This document shows, in pieces, positions 9,319-19,796 of a stretch of 64,000 nt of DNA. The number at the start of each line of letters is the position of its first letter. Position 1 is the stretch's first letter. The DNA is from Bacillus subtilis subsp. subtilis str. 168. Its GTDB lineage: Bacteria; Bacillota; Bacilli; Bacillales; Bacillaceae. The notes below the pieces were generated by a model. That model saw nothing but the letters and a program-made list of their open reading frames with translations, did not search any database and was not told where the DNA came from. The DNA lies in the NCBI RefSeq assembly GCF_000009045.1, contig NC_000964.3:3906001-3970000 (forward strand), given 5' to 3'. The position numbers were made by a program, and so were the translations under genes.

Positions 9319-11268
9319 TTATTCGGAAATCTTTCTTTCCGTCTCTTTTATTTCATCAACACTAATGTAGTAGCCGTTGTCGTATTCGAATGAACGCAGA
9401 ACCATGCAGAGCAGGACTCCGATCAATCCGACTACGCCCATCCAGTACCATTCAAAGACAAGTCCAAAGCCTGCGAGACCGAAGGCAACAGACATAAAGA
9501 ACGGTCTGCCTGAGTTGCTTGGCATATGGATTTTCTTGAATTTGCTTTCAGGGTATAATTCAGTTTTTTCTTCTTTCATATGCAGGAATGCATCTTGAGA
9601 TTTGACTTCAGGAAGCACCGCAAAGTTGTAATGCGGCGGAATCGCAGAAGAAGTCGCCCAATCAAGCGTACGTCCCACACCCCATGAATCTCCGCTGATT
9701 TCACGAGTAGAGTAACGGAAGCTGTAGTAGATGTTATAGCAAAGGATTAAGAATCCTACACCCATCATGAAAGCTCCGACTGTTGAGATAAAGTTCAATG
9801 TTGTCCAGCCGTCATTCGGTCCGTATGTGTAAATACGGCGCGGCATGCCTTGAAGCCCCAAGAAATATTGCGGGAAGAAACAAATATTGAACCCGATCAT
9901 AAAGATCCAGAAGAACCATTTTCCGATTCTTTCGTTCAGCTTGTGGCCGAACATTTTTGGATACCAGAAAATAAATCCGGCGAAACAAGCAAATACAGTA
10001 CCCGCAATCAGCACATAGTGGAAGTGAGATACAAGGAAGTACGTATTATGGTATTGATAATCCGCTGCTGCCATCGCAAGCATAACCCCTGTAACCCCGC
10101 CGATAACGAAGTTAGGAATGAACGCAAGCGCCCACAGCATAGGTGTTGTAAAGCTGATTCGGCCTTTATACATTGTAAAGAGCCAGTTAAAGATTTTAAC
10201 CCCGGTTGGGATTGAGATTGCCATTGTCGTAATTGAGAAGAATGAGTTAACGGACGCACTGTTCCCCATTGTGAAGAAGTGGTGAGTCCAAACTAAGAAA
10301 CTCAATACAGAGATGGCGATAATAGAACCAACCATCGCTTTGTAACCAAACAATTGTTTTCTTGCAAAGCTTGAGATGATTTCTGAGAAAATACCAAACG
10401 CCGGAAGAATAACGATATATACTTCAGGATGTCCCCAAATCCAGAACAAGTTAGCCCAAAGCATCGGCATACCGCCTGCTTCCAATGTGAAAAAGTGAGC
10501 GCCGAACAAACGATCAAATGATAAAAGTGCTAATGCTACTGTAAGTACAGGGAACGCAAACACGATAATAACCATTGTGATCAGTGTTGTCCATGTGAAC
10601 ATCGGCATACGCATTAATGTCATGCCTTTTGTTCTCATTTTTAAGATTGTTACCATAAAGTTGATCCCTGTCATCAGGGTACCGATACCGGCAATCTGAA
10701 GTCCGAGGAGGTAGTAGTTCTCACCCGGCCCAGGGCTCATGTCGTTACTTGCAAGCGGCATATAACTCGTCCAGCCTGCGTTCGGAGAACCTCCGATAAC
10801 GAAAGAAATATTGAAAAGCATCGCCCCTACAAAGAACGTCCAGAAGCTCAGGTTGTTCAAGTAAGGGAACGCAACGTCGCGGGCACCGATTTGAAGAGGC
10901 ACAACAACGTTGATAAGACCGATTAAGAACGGCATCGCCATGAAGATGATCATGATTGTACCGTGAGTTGTAAAAATTTCATTATAGTGGTTTGAGTCTA
11001 AAAAACTGTTATTCGGAAGCGCTAGCTGGGCACGCATCATCAGACCGTCGACACCGCCACGGAATAACATAATTACAGCAGATATAATATACATGATTCC
11101 GAGTTTTTTATGGTCAACAGTAGTTATCCATTCAGACCACAGCCATTTCCACTTTTTGAAGTAAGTCAGAACAAAAATAATGGCAATGGTTGAAAGCGCA
11201 ATGGAAACTTGTGCGCCCAGAATTAATGGGTCACCAGTTACGAAAAATTCGTCCCATTTGAATTTCAT
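9319..11268 (-). CDS. qoxB: Quinol oxidase subunit I (heme-copper oxidase)
   Basis: WGHPEVY, WTHH and HFHY metal ligands. Confidence 0.98.
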
Positions 11269-11295
11269 GCAGGCTTCCTCCTTTCCTGATCAATA

Positions 11296-12261
11296 TCATT
11301 CTTCTGTATCATCAGACTTCTTAAATTCGTTTTTCTTTACGTTTTCAAACGGATCTGTTTTAGAATGCGGTGAAACGGCTTGATAGCCAAGGCGTTTGCG
11401 CGCCTCCATCGCGTACTCAGCGTCTTGTCCGTGATCAACGTATTTCAAGTGAGTAGAAGAGAACGTTAATTCGTCCACATTTTCAGGAAGCATCAATTCA
11501 TCATACTTCTCTTTTGTCAGCTTAGGAGCCTCGTTCTGAGTCTTTTTCACCCAGCTGTTAAAGTCTTTTTCTGTGACTGCATTCACATCAAACTCTTGGT
11601 CTGCAAAATGTTCACCTGTGAAGTTCGCGTTGCGGCCTTCGTAAGTACCCACTTTGTCAGCCTGTAAGTATTGATCCATCAGCATTCCTGCCATCGCATA
11701 TTTTTGCCCTCCAAGCTGAGGAATCCATAGCGAAGCCATTGAATCTGCAGATGAGATTTTGAACAAGATCGGGCGGTCGACAGGAATGTTTAAGTAGTTG
11801 ACCGTTTCAATATCCTGTTCAGGGTAGCTAAATACCCATTTCCAGTCTACCGAAGTAGCATAAACAACAAGAGGCTCTTTGTCTTTTGTTGCTTCAGGAG
11901 CTTTTTCTAACGAATATATCGTCTGTACTGTTGGCACAGAAAGTGCAATGACGATTAAAATTGGGATCACTGTCCAGACTACTTCTAAAAACGTGTTACC
12001 GTGAATTTCTGGGTTATAAGATCCATTATCTTTGCCTTTACGGTCGCGGTATTTTACTAAAATAATGGTAAATAGAACAAAGACGACCCCGACGATAAAC
12101 AGCATAAATCCGATAGATAACAGGATTAAATCACTTTGCTGTTCAGCTACAGGTCCTTTCGGATCTAGTACTGAAGCATTGCTGCATCCCCCAAGGACGA
12201 AAACCACAGTTAACAGCGCTAATACAAGCAACGGTTTTAATGCTCTGAACAAGAAGATCAC
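11296..12261 (-). CDS. qoxA: Quinol oxidase subunit II (lipoprotein)
   Basis: Lipobox VLGGC; LEVVWT and WKWVFSYP motifs. Start is GTG 12261 or ATG 12264 (uncertain). Confidence 0.93.
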   Translation of the reverse strand: MIFLFRALKPLLVLALLTVVFVLGGCSNASVLDPKGPVAEQQSDLILLSIGFMLFIVGVVFVLFTIILVKYRDRKGKDNGSYNPEIHGNTFLEVVWTVIPILIVIALSVPTVQTIYSLEKAPEATKDKEPLVVYATSVDWKWVFSYPEQDIETVNYLNIPVDRPILFKISSADSMASLWIPQLGGQKYAMAGMLMDQYLQADKVGTYEGRNANFTGEHFADQEFDVNAVTEKDFNSWVKKTQNEAPKLTKEKYDELMLPENVDELTFSSTHLKYVDHGQDAEYAMEARKRLGYQAVSPHSKTDPFENVKKNEFKKSDDTEE

Positions 12262-12711
12262 CATCCTTCCTATTGATGTAATAAATCTGAAGTGCATACT
12301 TCCTCAAAATCTTTTCTCTACTTTGTTATGCTATCAAAAACTTCACTTATTAGCTTTATTTTTTTATAAACTTCATCCCATTTTCGCTTAAATGTCATAA
12401 AATCGACAAAAATTGCTCCAACTTTATTCACATCTATCGCTTAAGATGAAAAGTTTCTAGTTATTTCCGCATATAAAGTAAAGAAAGATGATGAAGAACT
12501 AATTCTGACAAATTAAGGTTTACCACAATAAAAAACTTAGGTCAATCAAAAATTTCATTTTGTTAAACTTTCTAGATAGGAATTATTTTTTCCTCGTCTA
12601 GCATCTTTTCACACGGTTACCATTTTAACGCATCAAATATTGAAAGAAAAGGCGCAATGAAGAGCCAATATGCTCTGAATTGTCCGTATTTTTTTATGAG
12701 AGCATCCAGTT

Positions 12712-12737
12712 GTTTATCTTATACAAAAAAGAGGAAT
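12712..12737 (+). promoter_or_regulatory. SigB-like promoter of ywzA
   Basis: GTTTAT-N14-AGGAAT. Confidence 0.55.
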
Positions 12738-12776
12738 GATATAAGCAAATAAATAAAAAATAGGATGTGTTGCATG

Positions 12777-13022
12777 ATGAGTTTTCTTATTTCACTTATC
12801 GTCGCTATTATTATCGGATGGCTTGGAAGCCTGTTTGTAAAAGGAGATATGCCCGGAGGAATTATCGGGTCTATGATCGCAGGTCTTATAGGCGCCTGGA
12901 TCGGACACGGGCTGCTTGGAACATGGGGGCCGCACCTAGCCGGATTTGCCATTATTCCAGCGGTAATCGGCGCAGCCATTGTTGTCTTTCTAGTAAGCCT
13001 GTTAACCAGAAAAAGAGGATAA
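12777..13022 (+). CDS. ywzA: GlsB/YeaQ/YmgE-family small stress membrane protein
   Basis: Gly-rich hydrophobic ORF (IIGWLGS...GLIGAWIG...AVIGA). Start is ATG 12774 or 12777. Confidence 0.85.
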   Translation: MSFLISLIVAIIIGWLGSLFVKGDMPGGIIGSMIAGLIGAWIGHGLLGTWGPHLAGFAIIPAVIGAAIVVFLVSLLTRKRG

Positions 13023-13078
13023 AAGCAGCAGCACCCGAAGCGTCAGCGCTTTGGGTGTTTGTTTTGCCATAAAAATCG

Positions 13079-13110
13079 AAAAAGCCTCAACCCTAGCGGT
13101 TGAGGCTTTT
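13079..13110. terminator. Terminator overlapping the galT stop
   Basis: AAAAAGCCTCAACC-CTAGC-GGTTGAGGCTTTT. Confidence 0.8.
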
Positions 13111-14634
13111 GACTGGTTTGGCGCCCAACTGATCGATGAACCTTCTGAAGGCCTGTTTTCCCTCTGCTGTCTGCTTAAATACACCGGCGTGTTCAAGGAT
13201 GCGCGCGAATACATGTCCCAGCTCTTCTTTTATGACTAGATCTACGTTCTCTTTTGTTATGGTTCTTTTTTCCATCGTCCGAAGAGCCCACTCACTATGC
13301 TTTGCAGTGAGCGGATTTTGTTCTAAGGCTGTTTTCGGATCAGCAGAACATAGCGCCGCTGCCGTTTCTTTCATTTCCTCCTGTAAGCGGCCAGGCAATA
13401 TCGCCAATCCCATGACCTCAATCAGGCCGATATTTTCTTTTTTAATATGGTGGACTTCTTGATGAGGATGAAATATTCCTAATGGATGCTCCTCATCCGT
13501 CCGGTTGTTCCTCAGTACGATATCGAGTTCGTACAAGTCTCCCCTGCGCCGCGCAATCGGTGTGACCGTATTATGGGGCGTATCGCCTGTATAGGCGGCA
13601 ATGCCGGCTTTTTCATCGGAATACGTCTGCCACGTGCGGAAGATATGGTCAGCAGCTTCGGCGACATGACCCGGTTCGTCTCCTTGGAGCCTGAGCACAG
13701 ACATCGGCCACTTCACTAAGCCCAGCGACACGCCGGGATAATCATTTAATTCATAAACGTCTTCCGCTTCTGCACGTGCCATTGGAAAATCATGCGCGCC
13801 GCCTTGGAAATGATCATGGCTTAGGATGCTGCCGCCGACAATCGGCAGATCCGCGTTTGAACCGATAAAATAATGCGGATATTGGCCAAGAAATGACAGC
13901 AGCCTTTCAAATGTTTTTTTGCTGATCTCCATCGGTTCATGTTCACCTTTTAAGACAATGCAGTGCTCCGGATAATAGACATATGGCGAGAATTGCAGGA
14001 ACCATTGTTCGTCCTCAAGGATGACCGGAATGATTCTGTGATTTTGCCGGGCTGGATGATTCACGCTTCCCTCGAAGCCGACATTTTCTTTACACAGCAA
14101 ACACATCGGATAATTTGTCTGTTCCTGCTCTTTTGCAGCCGCAATCGCTTTCGGGTCCTTTTCAGGCTTTGATAGGTTAATGGTCATTTCCAGCTCGCCA
14201 TATTCGGTCGGCACCGTCCAATGAACATTTTTGGCGATTCTGTCAGTCCGTATATAATAGACATCCTCTGAATATTGATAGAATTCCTTTGTCGCCTGTT
14301 TTGGGCCGTATAATGCTTTTGTCTCTTCAAATTTGCGAATGACCTCGGACGGGGCAGGCACAAAACAGCCCATCAGCTTTGCGCTGAGCAGGTCACGGTA
14401 CGTATCTGTATCCGCTTCCATTCGGCCGGTTTCGGCAGCCCATTTATAGATGGGAGCTAGCAAGTCCGGCAGGCTTTGTGACTGCTTGATGCTGGTGCTG
14501 GAGTTCGGCTCGGGATGTGTGATGCCCAGCGCTTCATAAAGACGGTTTCTCGTATATTCCCGATCCCAGATCGAAATCAATTTTCGTTCCAGGCCATACT
14601 CAAGCAGCTGTTCCAGATGTTCAATAATACTCAT
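13093..14634 (-). CDS. galT: Galactose-1-phosphate uridylyltransferase (class II)
   Basis: CLLCKEN, GSILSHDHFQGG and KKENIGLIEVMG motifs. Confidence 0.96.
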   Translation of the reverse strand: MSIIEHLEQLLEYGLERKLISIWDREYTRNRLYEALGITHPEPNSSTSIKQSQSLPDLLAPIYKWAAETGRMEADTDTYRDLLSAKLMGCFVPAPSEVIRKFEETKALYGPKQATKEFYQYSEDVYYIRTDRIAKNVHWTVPTEYGELEMTINLSKPEKDPKAIAAAKEQEQTNYPMCLLCKENVGFEGSVNHPARQNHRIIPVILEDEQWFLQFSPYVYYPEHCIVLKGEHEPMEISKKTFERLLSFLGQYPHYFIGSNADLPIVGGSILSHDHFQGGAHDFPMARAEAEDVYELNDYPGVSLGLVKWPMSVLRLQGDEPGHVAEAADHIFRTWQTYSDEKAGIAAYTGDTPHNTVTPIARRRGDLYELDIVLRNNRTDEEHPLGIFHPHQEVHHIKKENIGLIEVMGLAILPGRLQEEMKETAAALCSADPKTALEQNPLTAKHSEWALRTMEKRTITKENVDLVIKEELGHVFARILEHAGVFKQTAEGKQAFRRFIDQLGAKPVKSLNR

Positions 14635-14637
14635 ATG

Positions 14638-15810
14638 TCACTCCCCCTTTAGTTCTCTCGCTCCCTCTCCGATATCCGCGACATAAAAGTCCGCTCGGAG
14701 CCCTGTTTTTTCTTGATATCTGTCTCCAACCTTCTGAATAAAATCATCAACGAACTCATCTTTTACAATGCTGATGGTGCAGCCGCCAAAGCCTGCTCCC
14801 GTCATTCTTGATCCAATTACACCTTCGTGATCCCATGCCGCAAACACAAGCTCATCAAGTTCAGGGCATGTTACTTCATAGTCATCCTTCAATGAAAGGT
14901 GGGATTCCTTCATTAACTGCCCGATTTCATCTATATTGTTCTCTTTGAACATATGGGCCGTCTTAATAGCACGATGATTTTCGTATACAGCGTGCTTTGC
15001 CCGGCGTCTGTTCGTTTCATTTTGGATCAGGCTGGAATGCGCATCGAAATCAGAAGGCTTGATGTCGCCCAGTGCGGCAATATCGAGGCCTTTTTTCAGA
15101 TCAAGCAATGCATCATTGCATTCTTGGCGTCTCGTATTATAGCTGGAGTCAGCCAATGTCCTTTTTTTGTTCGTGTTCGCGATGACCAGCGCGAGGCCTG
15201 AGACATTGAGTTTGCTATATTCATAGTCAAGCGTGTCACAGTTCAGCAGCATCGCATGATGTTTTTTCCCCATTCCAATTGCAAATTGGTCCATAATTCC
15301 GCAATTGACGCCGATAAAATGGTTTTCCGCATGCTGCGCCATTTTCACAAGCTCAAGCGCATCTACTTCAGGATGAAAATAACTTTGGAGCACGACCCCC
15401 ATCAGCAGTTCAATAGAAGCGGAAGACGACAGTCCCGCCCCGTTTGGAATATTCCCTGAAAATACAATGTCAAAGCCATGGGGAACTGCATATCCCCTCT
15501 GTTGAAATTCATAAATCACGCCTTTTGGGTAGTTCGCCCAGTCGTCTTCTTTTTGATAGCGAATGTCGTCAAGGCTGCATTCCTTGATGCCTGCGTTTCT
15601 AAAGTTATCTGAATACATCCGGACAAGCCCGTCGTTTCTTTCTGCAACAGCAGCATATGTACCCATTGTCAGCGCGCACGGAAAGACATGCCCGCCGTTA
15701 TAGTCTGTATGTTCTCCAATCAGATTCACTCTTCCAGGTGCGAAAAAAAACCGTAACCCCTCTTTTTCTCCGAATACACTTGCAAATATCCCCTTTAGCT
15801 CTTCCCGCAT
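14638..15810 (-). CDS. galK: Galactokinase
   Basis: APGRVNLIGEHTDY, GAGLSSSA and GAGFGGC GHMP motifs; ATG 15810 with AAAGGTGA RBS. Confidence 0.97.
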   Translation of the reverse strand: MREELKGIFASVFGEKEGLRFFFAPGRVNLIGEHTDYNGGHVFPCALTMGTYAAVAERNDGLVRMYSDNFRNAGIKECSLDDIRYQKEDDWANYPKGVIYEFQQRGYAVPHGFDIVFSGNIPNGAGLSSSASIELLMGVVLQSYFHPEVDALELVKMAQHAENHFIGVNCGIMDQFAIGMGKKHHAMLLNCDTLDYEYSKLNVSGLALVIANTNKKRTLADSSYNTRRQECNDALLDLKKGLDIAALGDIKPSDFDAHSSLIQNETNRRRAKHAVYENHRAIKTAHMFKENNIDEIGQLMKESHLSLKDDYEVTCPELDELVFAAWDHEGVIGSRMTGAGFGGCTISIVKDEFVDDFIQKVGDRYQEKTGLRADFYVADIGEGARELKGE

Positions 15811-15890
15811 GTGCAATCACCTTTCTGGTTTTTATTTTTTATTCCCCTTATTTCTTCATAGAAAACGGCAGATCATATGCTGCAGTCCTC

Positions 15891-16295
15891 TCATACCCCT
15901 TCTTCTTTTGTTTTTTTAAAGACGAGCCATTTGCTCGCAACATAGTTGACGACAACAATGACCGCGTTGTCGAGTATTTTGGCCAAGGTTTCATTTGTAT
16001 TGAACTGGCCGACAAGAATGATCATCATGCCTAAATCTATGCCGAGAGACAGGACCCGAACGCTGAAAAAAGCAGTGAGCTCTTTCAGCAGGCTCTGCAG
16101 ATCATGTGTTTTTTGCTGAAACACATATAATTTATTTGTTATGTAAGCAAACAGCACGGACAAAATCCAAGCGGCAACAGTGGCGGCTTTGTAATCCACA
16201 TTCATGATCTCTACCAATATATAAAAGCTGGCGATATTCACAATGGTTGTGAAAACCCCCATAATGATATACATAATTATTTCTCTATACTTCAC
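15891..16295 (-). CDS. gtcA: GtrA-family flippase for teichoic acid glycosylation
   Basis: GVFTTIVN...NYVASKWLVF GtrA signature. Start is probably GTG 16295, overlapping the ywcC stop; alternative ATG 16274. Confidence 0.85.
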   Translation of the reverse strand: MKYREIIMYIIMGVFTTIVNIASFYILVEIMNVDYKAATVAAWILSVLFAYITNKLYVFQQKTHDLQSLLKELTAFFSVRVLSLGIDLGMMIILVGQFNTNETLAKILDNAVIVVVNYVASKWLVFKKTKEEGV

Positions 16296-16963
16296 TGATG
16301 TTCCTCGCTTTCTGAAAAACTTTTCAAAATTCTTGGCCTCTCGTGCTCTCTGTCTAAAGTAAAAAATACCGAGAGTGCGTCTAAAAAGCTGCGGAAGGTG
16401 GCTGGCTGGCCCAATACATATGATTGTTTGATGATTCCGTCGAGGACTGCACATATTATTTTAGCCGTATATTCAGGATCAATACAGGCGTCAATCAGCT
16501 TTCTCTCCTTCAGCCACTTAATATATAACACATTTTCTTCCACCCACAATTCGTACAGCCGGACATAGGCCTTGCATTTCTTTAAGACTTTATATGTCGG
16601 CATGTTCATGGCAAACGAGGTGATGTCCCACGACGGCTTATTTATGTAATAGGAATAAAGCAGTTCTGCAGCGTGTTTTGCAGCCTCGTCCAATGTCAGC
16701 GATTTCACTGACTCCCGCTCCATTTGATCAAGATACCCTATAATGATCTTTTTTTTCATCTGACGTTTTTCGAGAAGGTACAGCAGAAAATCGTCCTTGC
16801 TGACAAAATGAACATAAAATGCTCCTTTGCTGTACCCGGCGGCTCTGCTGATATCTTCTACAGAAACCGGATCATACGCTCGGTCAATCAACAAATTCAC
16901 GCCAGCGTCTATAAAACTTTCAAATGTTGCTTCTCTTTTAATTTGAAATTTGTTTTTTTTCAT
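16292..16963 (-). CDS. ywcC: TetR-family transcriptional regulator
   Basis: N-terminal HTH VSVEDISRAAGYSKGAFYVHF. Confidence 0.92.
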   Translation of the reverse strand: MKKNKFQIKREATFESFIDAGVNLLIDRAYDPVSVEDISRAAGYSKGAFYVHFVSKDDFLLYLLEKRQMKKKIIIGYLDQMERESVKSLTLDEAAKHAAELLYSYYINKPSWDITSFAMNMPTYKVLKKCKAYVRLYELWVEENVLYIKWLKERKLIDACIDPEYTAKIICAVLDGIIKQSYVLGQPATFRSFLDALSVFFTLDREHERPRILKSFSESEEHQ

Positions 16964-17100
16964 ATTTTTCTCCTGGCGGTAATGATTACCCTTATCTTAC
17001 ACCGGATCAATCTTTAGCGGTATTTATTTCTTTAAACGGTTATGCTATTCGGTTTCCCAGGGGTCATTTTTAATAGGCTAAATGATTTATTTTCATTTAC

Positions 17101-17118
17101 ATACTATCCAGTCAGTAT
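17101..17118. promoter_or_regulatory. Candidate TetR (YwcC) operator
   Basis: ATACT-ATCCAGTC-AGTAT imperfect palindrome between divergent ywcC and slrA; resembles TACTGAC-type TetR operators. Confidence 0.5.
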
Positions 17119-17318
17119 TTAATTGTTTATTATTATAAATAAGGTCCATTGGTTATATTAGTCATTTTTTTAGGGAATAGGTAGGTGGTTTTTCCTTCAG
17201 TTTGTGAACACCGAGCAACTATGTGTGAAATTTGTTGTACTCGCCTCCATCATCGCGCTGGCTTGTCTTTTATTGCCCGCATGTTGCAGGAAAACATTTT
17301 ATACAATTGGAGGTTACT

Positions 17319-17477
17319 ATGAAAACTCATGTTAAAAAAGATTTGGACAAAGGTTGGCATATGTTAATTCAAGAAGCTAGATCCATTGGATTAGGCATTC
17401 ATGATGTGAGGCAGTTTTTAGAATCTGAGACAGCATCAAGAAAGAAAAACCACAAAAAAACCGTCCGGCAAGACTAG
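17319..17477 (+). CDS. slrA: SinI paralog, SinR antagonist (52 aa)
   Basis: MKTHVKKDLDKGWHMLIQEARSIGLGIHDVRQFL resembles the SinI dimerisation motif; GGAGG RBS. Confidence 0.93.
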   Translation: MKTHVKKDLDKGWHMLIQEARSIGLGIHDVRQFLESETASRKKNHKKTVRQD

Positions 17478-17919
17478 TCCGAACAGGCGGATCTATTTAC
17501 CTCTGGCTTTTCTATCACCTGATCTGAGTTTTCACCATATCCTCTATTCAAAAGCAAATCGCTGCGCTGAGCTTGAGGACAAACGGTGTGTCAGCTAACT
17601 ACGACAGACAGCCGGTGATGCGATCACCTCTTGGCACATGCATTGTCATAAAGAGGTGATGCGAACATGATAACCGTGCTCTGGTAAACAGCAGCTTTGC
17701 TGAGAACAAGCTGCATTCGGTGAGGTTTTGAAAGCAAACTCGTTTATACACGGCCGAGCTTGAAAACCTTCGCCTGTCTTTAGACCACTGTGTTCACCTC
17801 TTCACGACTTCCTTCTTTTTTCATCCTCCAGCTATTGTACAACGCATAAATCGGACTTTCAGTACATACCTATTGGTGTACCTTTTTGCTTACGTTTAGC
17901 GAATAAAAGGAGGAAAGCC

Positions 17920-18228
17920 ATGTACAAAGCTGATTATAAACAGATTGCTGCAACGCCGTCTTTTCAAGCTTTTTTAAAGCAGAAACGCGCTTTTATTGTT
18001 CCTTCTGCGATTTTCTTTTTTGTTTTTTATTTTTCACTCCCTGTTTTGACATCTTATTTCACCTTTTTGAATGCACCGGCCATTGGAGCTGTTTCATGGG
18101 CTTGGCTGTTCGCCATCGCCCAATTCGCTATGACCTGGATACTGAGTACTGTGTATTCCCGGAGAGCCGCCCATTTCGATAAGTATGTAAGCGCTTTAAA
18201 AGAGGATCTGAAGGGTGAACAGACATGA
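17920..18228 (+). CDS. ywcB: DUF485-family small membrane partner of a symporter
   Basis: Two TM segments; overlaps ywcA by 4 nt; AGGAGG RBS. Confidence 0.85.
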   Translation: MYKADYKQIAATPSFQAFLKQKRAFIVPSAIFFFVFYFSLPVLTSYFTFLNAPAIGAVSWAWLFAIAQFAMTWILSTVYSRRAAHFDKYVSALKEDLKGEQT

Positions 18229-19766
18229 ATATGACTGCTTTTTTATTATTTTTGGCGATTGTTGGCCTGACGCTTATTATCACGTATTTTGCCGCGAAGC
18301 GGACGAAAACGACGAGTGAGTTTTATACGGCGGGCGGCGGGCTCACCGGCGTTCAGAATGGACTGGCAATTGCCGGTGACTACATGTCTGCCGCCTCGTT
18401 TCTCGGGATTGCCGGAATGATTGCGTTATATGGATTTGATGGCTTCTTTTACAGCATCGGTTTTCTGGTGGCTTATCTCGTTGTCTTGTACATCGTGGCG
18501 GAGCCGCTTCGGAATCTTGGAAAGTACACGATGGCAGACATGATTGCCGCTCGCTTTAAAGAAAAGAAAATCCGCGGTGTCGCGGCTCTCAATACCATTG
18601 CCATCTCTACTTTTTATATGATCGCCCAGCTCGTGGGGGCGGGCGCGCTGATCAAACTGCTTCTAGGGCTGGATTATACCGCGGCTGTCCTCATCGTCGG
18701 AGTGCTGATGACCATTTATGTCGTGTTTGGCGGCATGATCGCGACAAGCTGGGTTCAAATTATTAAAGCTGTTTTGCTGATGGCCGGCACACTCGTGATT
18801 TCGATTATCGTGTTTTCGAAATTCGGCTTTAGCCTTAATACCATGTTTGAACAGATGAAAACGGCTACTCCGCTTGGCGCTGATTTTTTGAACCCCGGAA
18901 ATAAATACAAGGTGCCGCTTGAGACCTTGTCGTTAAACTTGGCACTCGTGCTGGGAACCGCCGGGCTTCCGCATATATTGATCCGGTTTTATACCGTTAA
19001 GGATGCCAAGACGGCCCGTACATCCGTTGTGTCAGCGACATGGATTATCGGTGTGTTTTACATTATGACGGTATTTCTCGGCTTTGGTGCCGCGGCATTT
19101 GTCGGTTTTGACGCGATTACGGCGGCTGATCAAGCGGGAAATATGGCGGCTCCGCTTTTAGCAAAAGCGCTCGGAGGAGACTTTCTGTTCGCGTTTGTAT
19201 CAGCCATCGCCTTTGCCACCATTTTGGCTGTCGTGACAGGGTTGGTGCTGTCTGCCGCCTCAGCATTTGCCCATGATATTTACAGCCAGATCATCAGAAA
19301 GGGAGAAGCAACTGAAAAAGAACAAATGAAAGCGGCCAGATGGGCTTCTGTCGCCGTGTCAGTGCTCTCGATTCTCCTTGCGATTTTTGCACAATCCTTA
19401 AATGTGGCGTTCCTTGTTGCACTCGCGTTTGCGGTAGCCGCCAGCGCAAACCTTCCGCTGATTGTGTTTACAGTCTTCTGGAAACGATTCAATGCCTCAG
19501 GCGCTTTATGGGGCAGCCTGACAGGCCTGATCAGCGCGCTTGTGCTGGTATCGATGAGCCCTAGTGTGTGGGACCCGGCCGGAGGTGCTATTTTTACCGG
19601 TGATCCGCTCATTCCGCTATCTAATCCAGGAATTATTTCCATCCCGCTCGGCTTTCTCGGCGCGTGGCTCGGAACGGTGCTGTCGTCTGATAAAACAATT
19701 GATGAAGATACGTTTGCAGAAATTCAGGTGAAGGCGCATACTGGCGTCCATATGGAACAGGAATAA
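18225..19766 (+). CDS. ywcA: Sodium:solute symporter (ActP-like, acetate/monocarboxylate)
   Basis: NGLAIAGDYMSAASFLG and GTAGLPHIL motifs. Confidence 0.9.
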   Translation: MNMTAFLLFLAIVGLTLIITYFAAKRTKTTSEFYTAGGGLTGVQNGLAIAGDYMSAASFLGIAGMIALYGFDGFFYSIGFLVAYLVVLYIVAEPLRNLGKYTMADMIAARFKEKKIRGVAALNTIAISTFYMIAQLVGAGALIKLLLGLDYTAAVLIVGVLMTIYVVFGGMIATSWVQIIKAVLLMAGTLVISIIVFSKFGFSLNTMFEQMKTATPLGADFLNPGNKYKVPLETLSLNLALVLGTAGLPHILIRFYTVKDAKTARTSVVSATWIIGVFYIMTVFLGFGAAAFVGFDAITAADQAGNMAAPLLAKALGGDFLFAFVSAIAFATILAVVTGLVLSAASAFAHDIYSQIIRKGEATEKEQMKAARWASVAVSVLSILLAIFAQSLNVAFLVALAFAVAASANLPLIVFTVFWKRFNASGALWGSLTGLISALVLVSMSPSVWDPAGGAIFTGDPLIPLSNPGIISIPLGFLGAWLGTVLSSDKTIDEDTFAEIQVKAHTGVHMEQE

Positions 19767-19794
19767 AAAAAGCTCTCTTTATCGAGAGCTTTTT
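19765..19794. terminator. Bidirectional terminator ywcA/ywbO
   Basis: AAAAAAGCTCTC-TTTATC-GAGAGCTTTTT. Confidence 0.85.
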
Positions 19795-19796
19795 CC

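Noticed and set aside
17599-17751. 50-codon minus-strand ORF antisense to the slrA 3' region
   Set aside because: No credible RBS; better explained as the complement of structured RNA.
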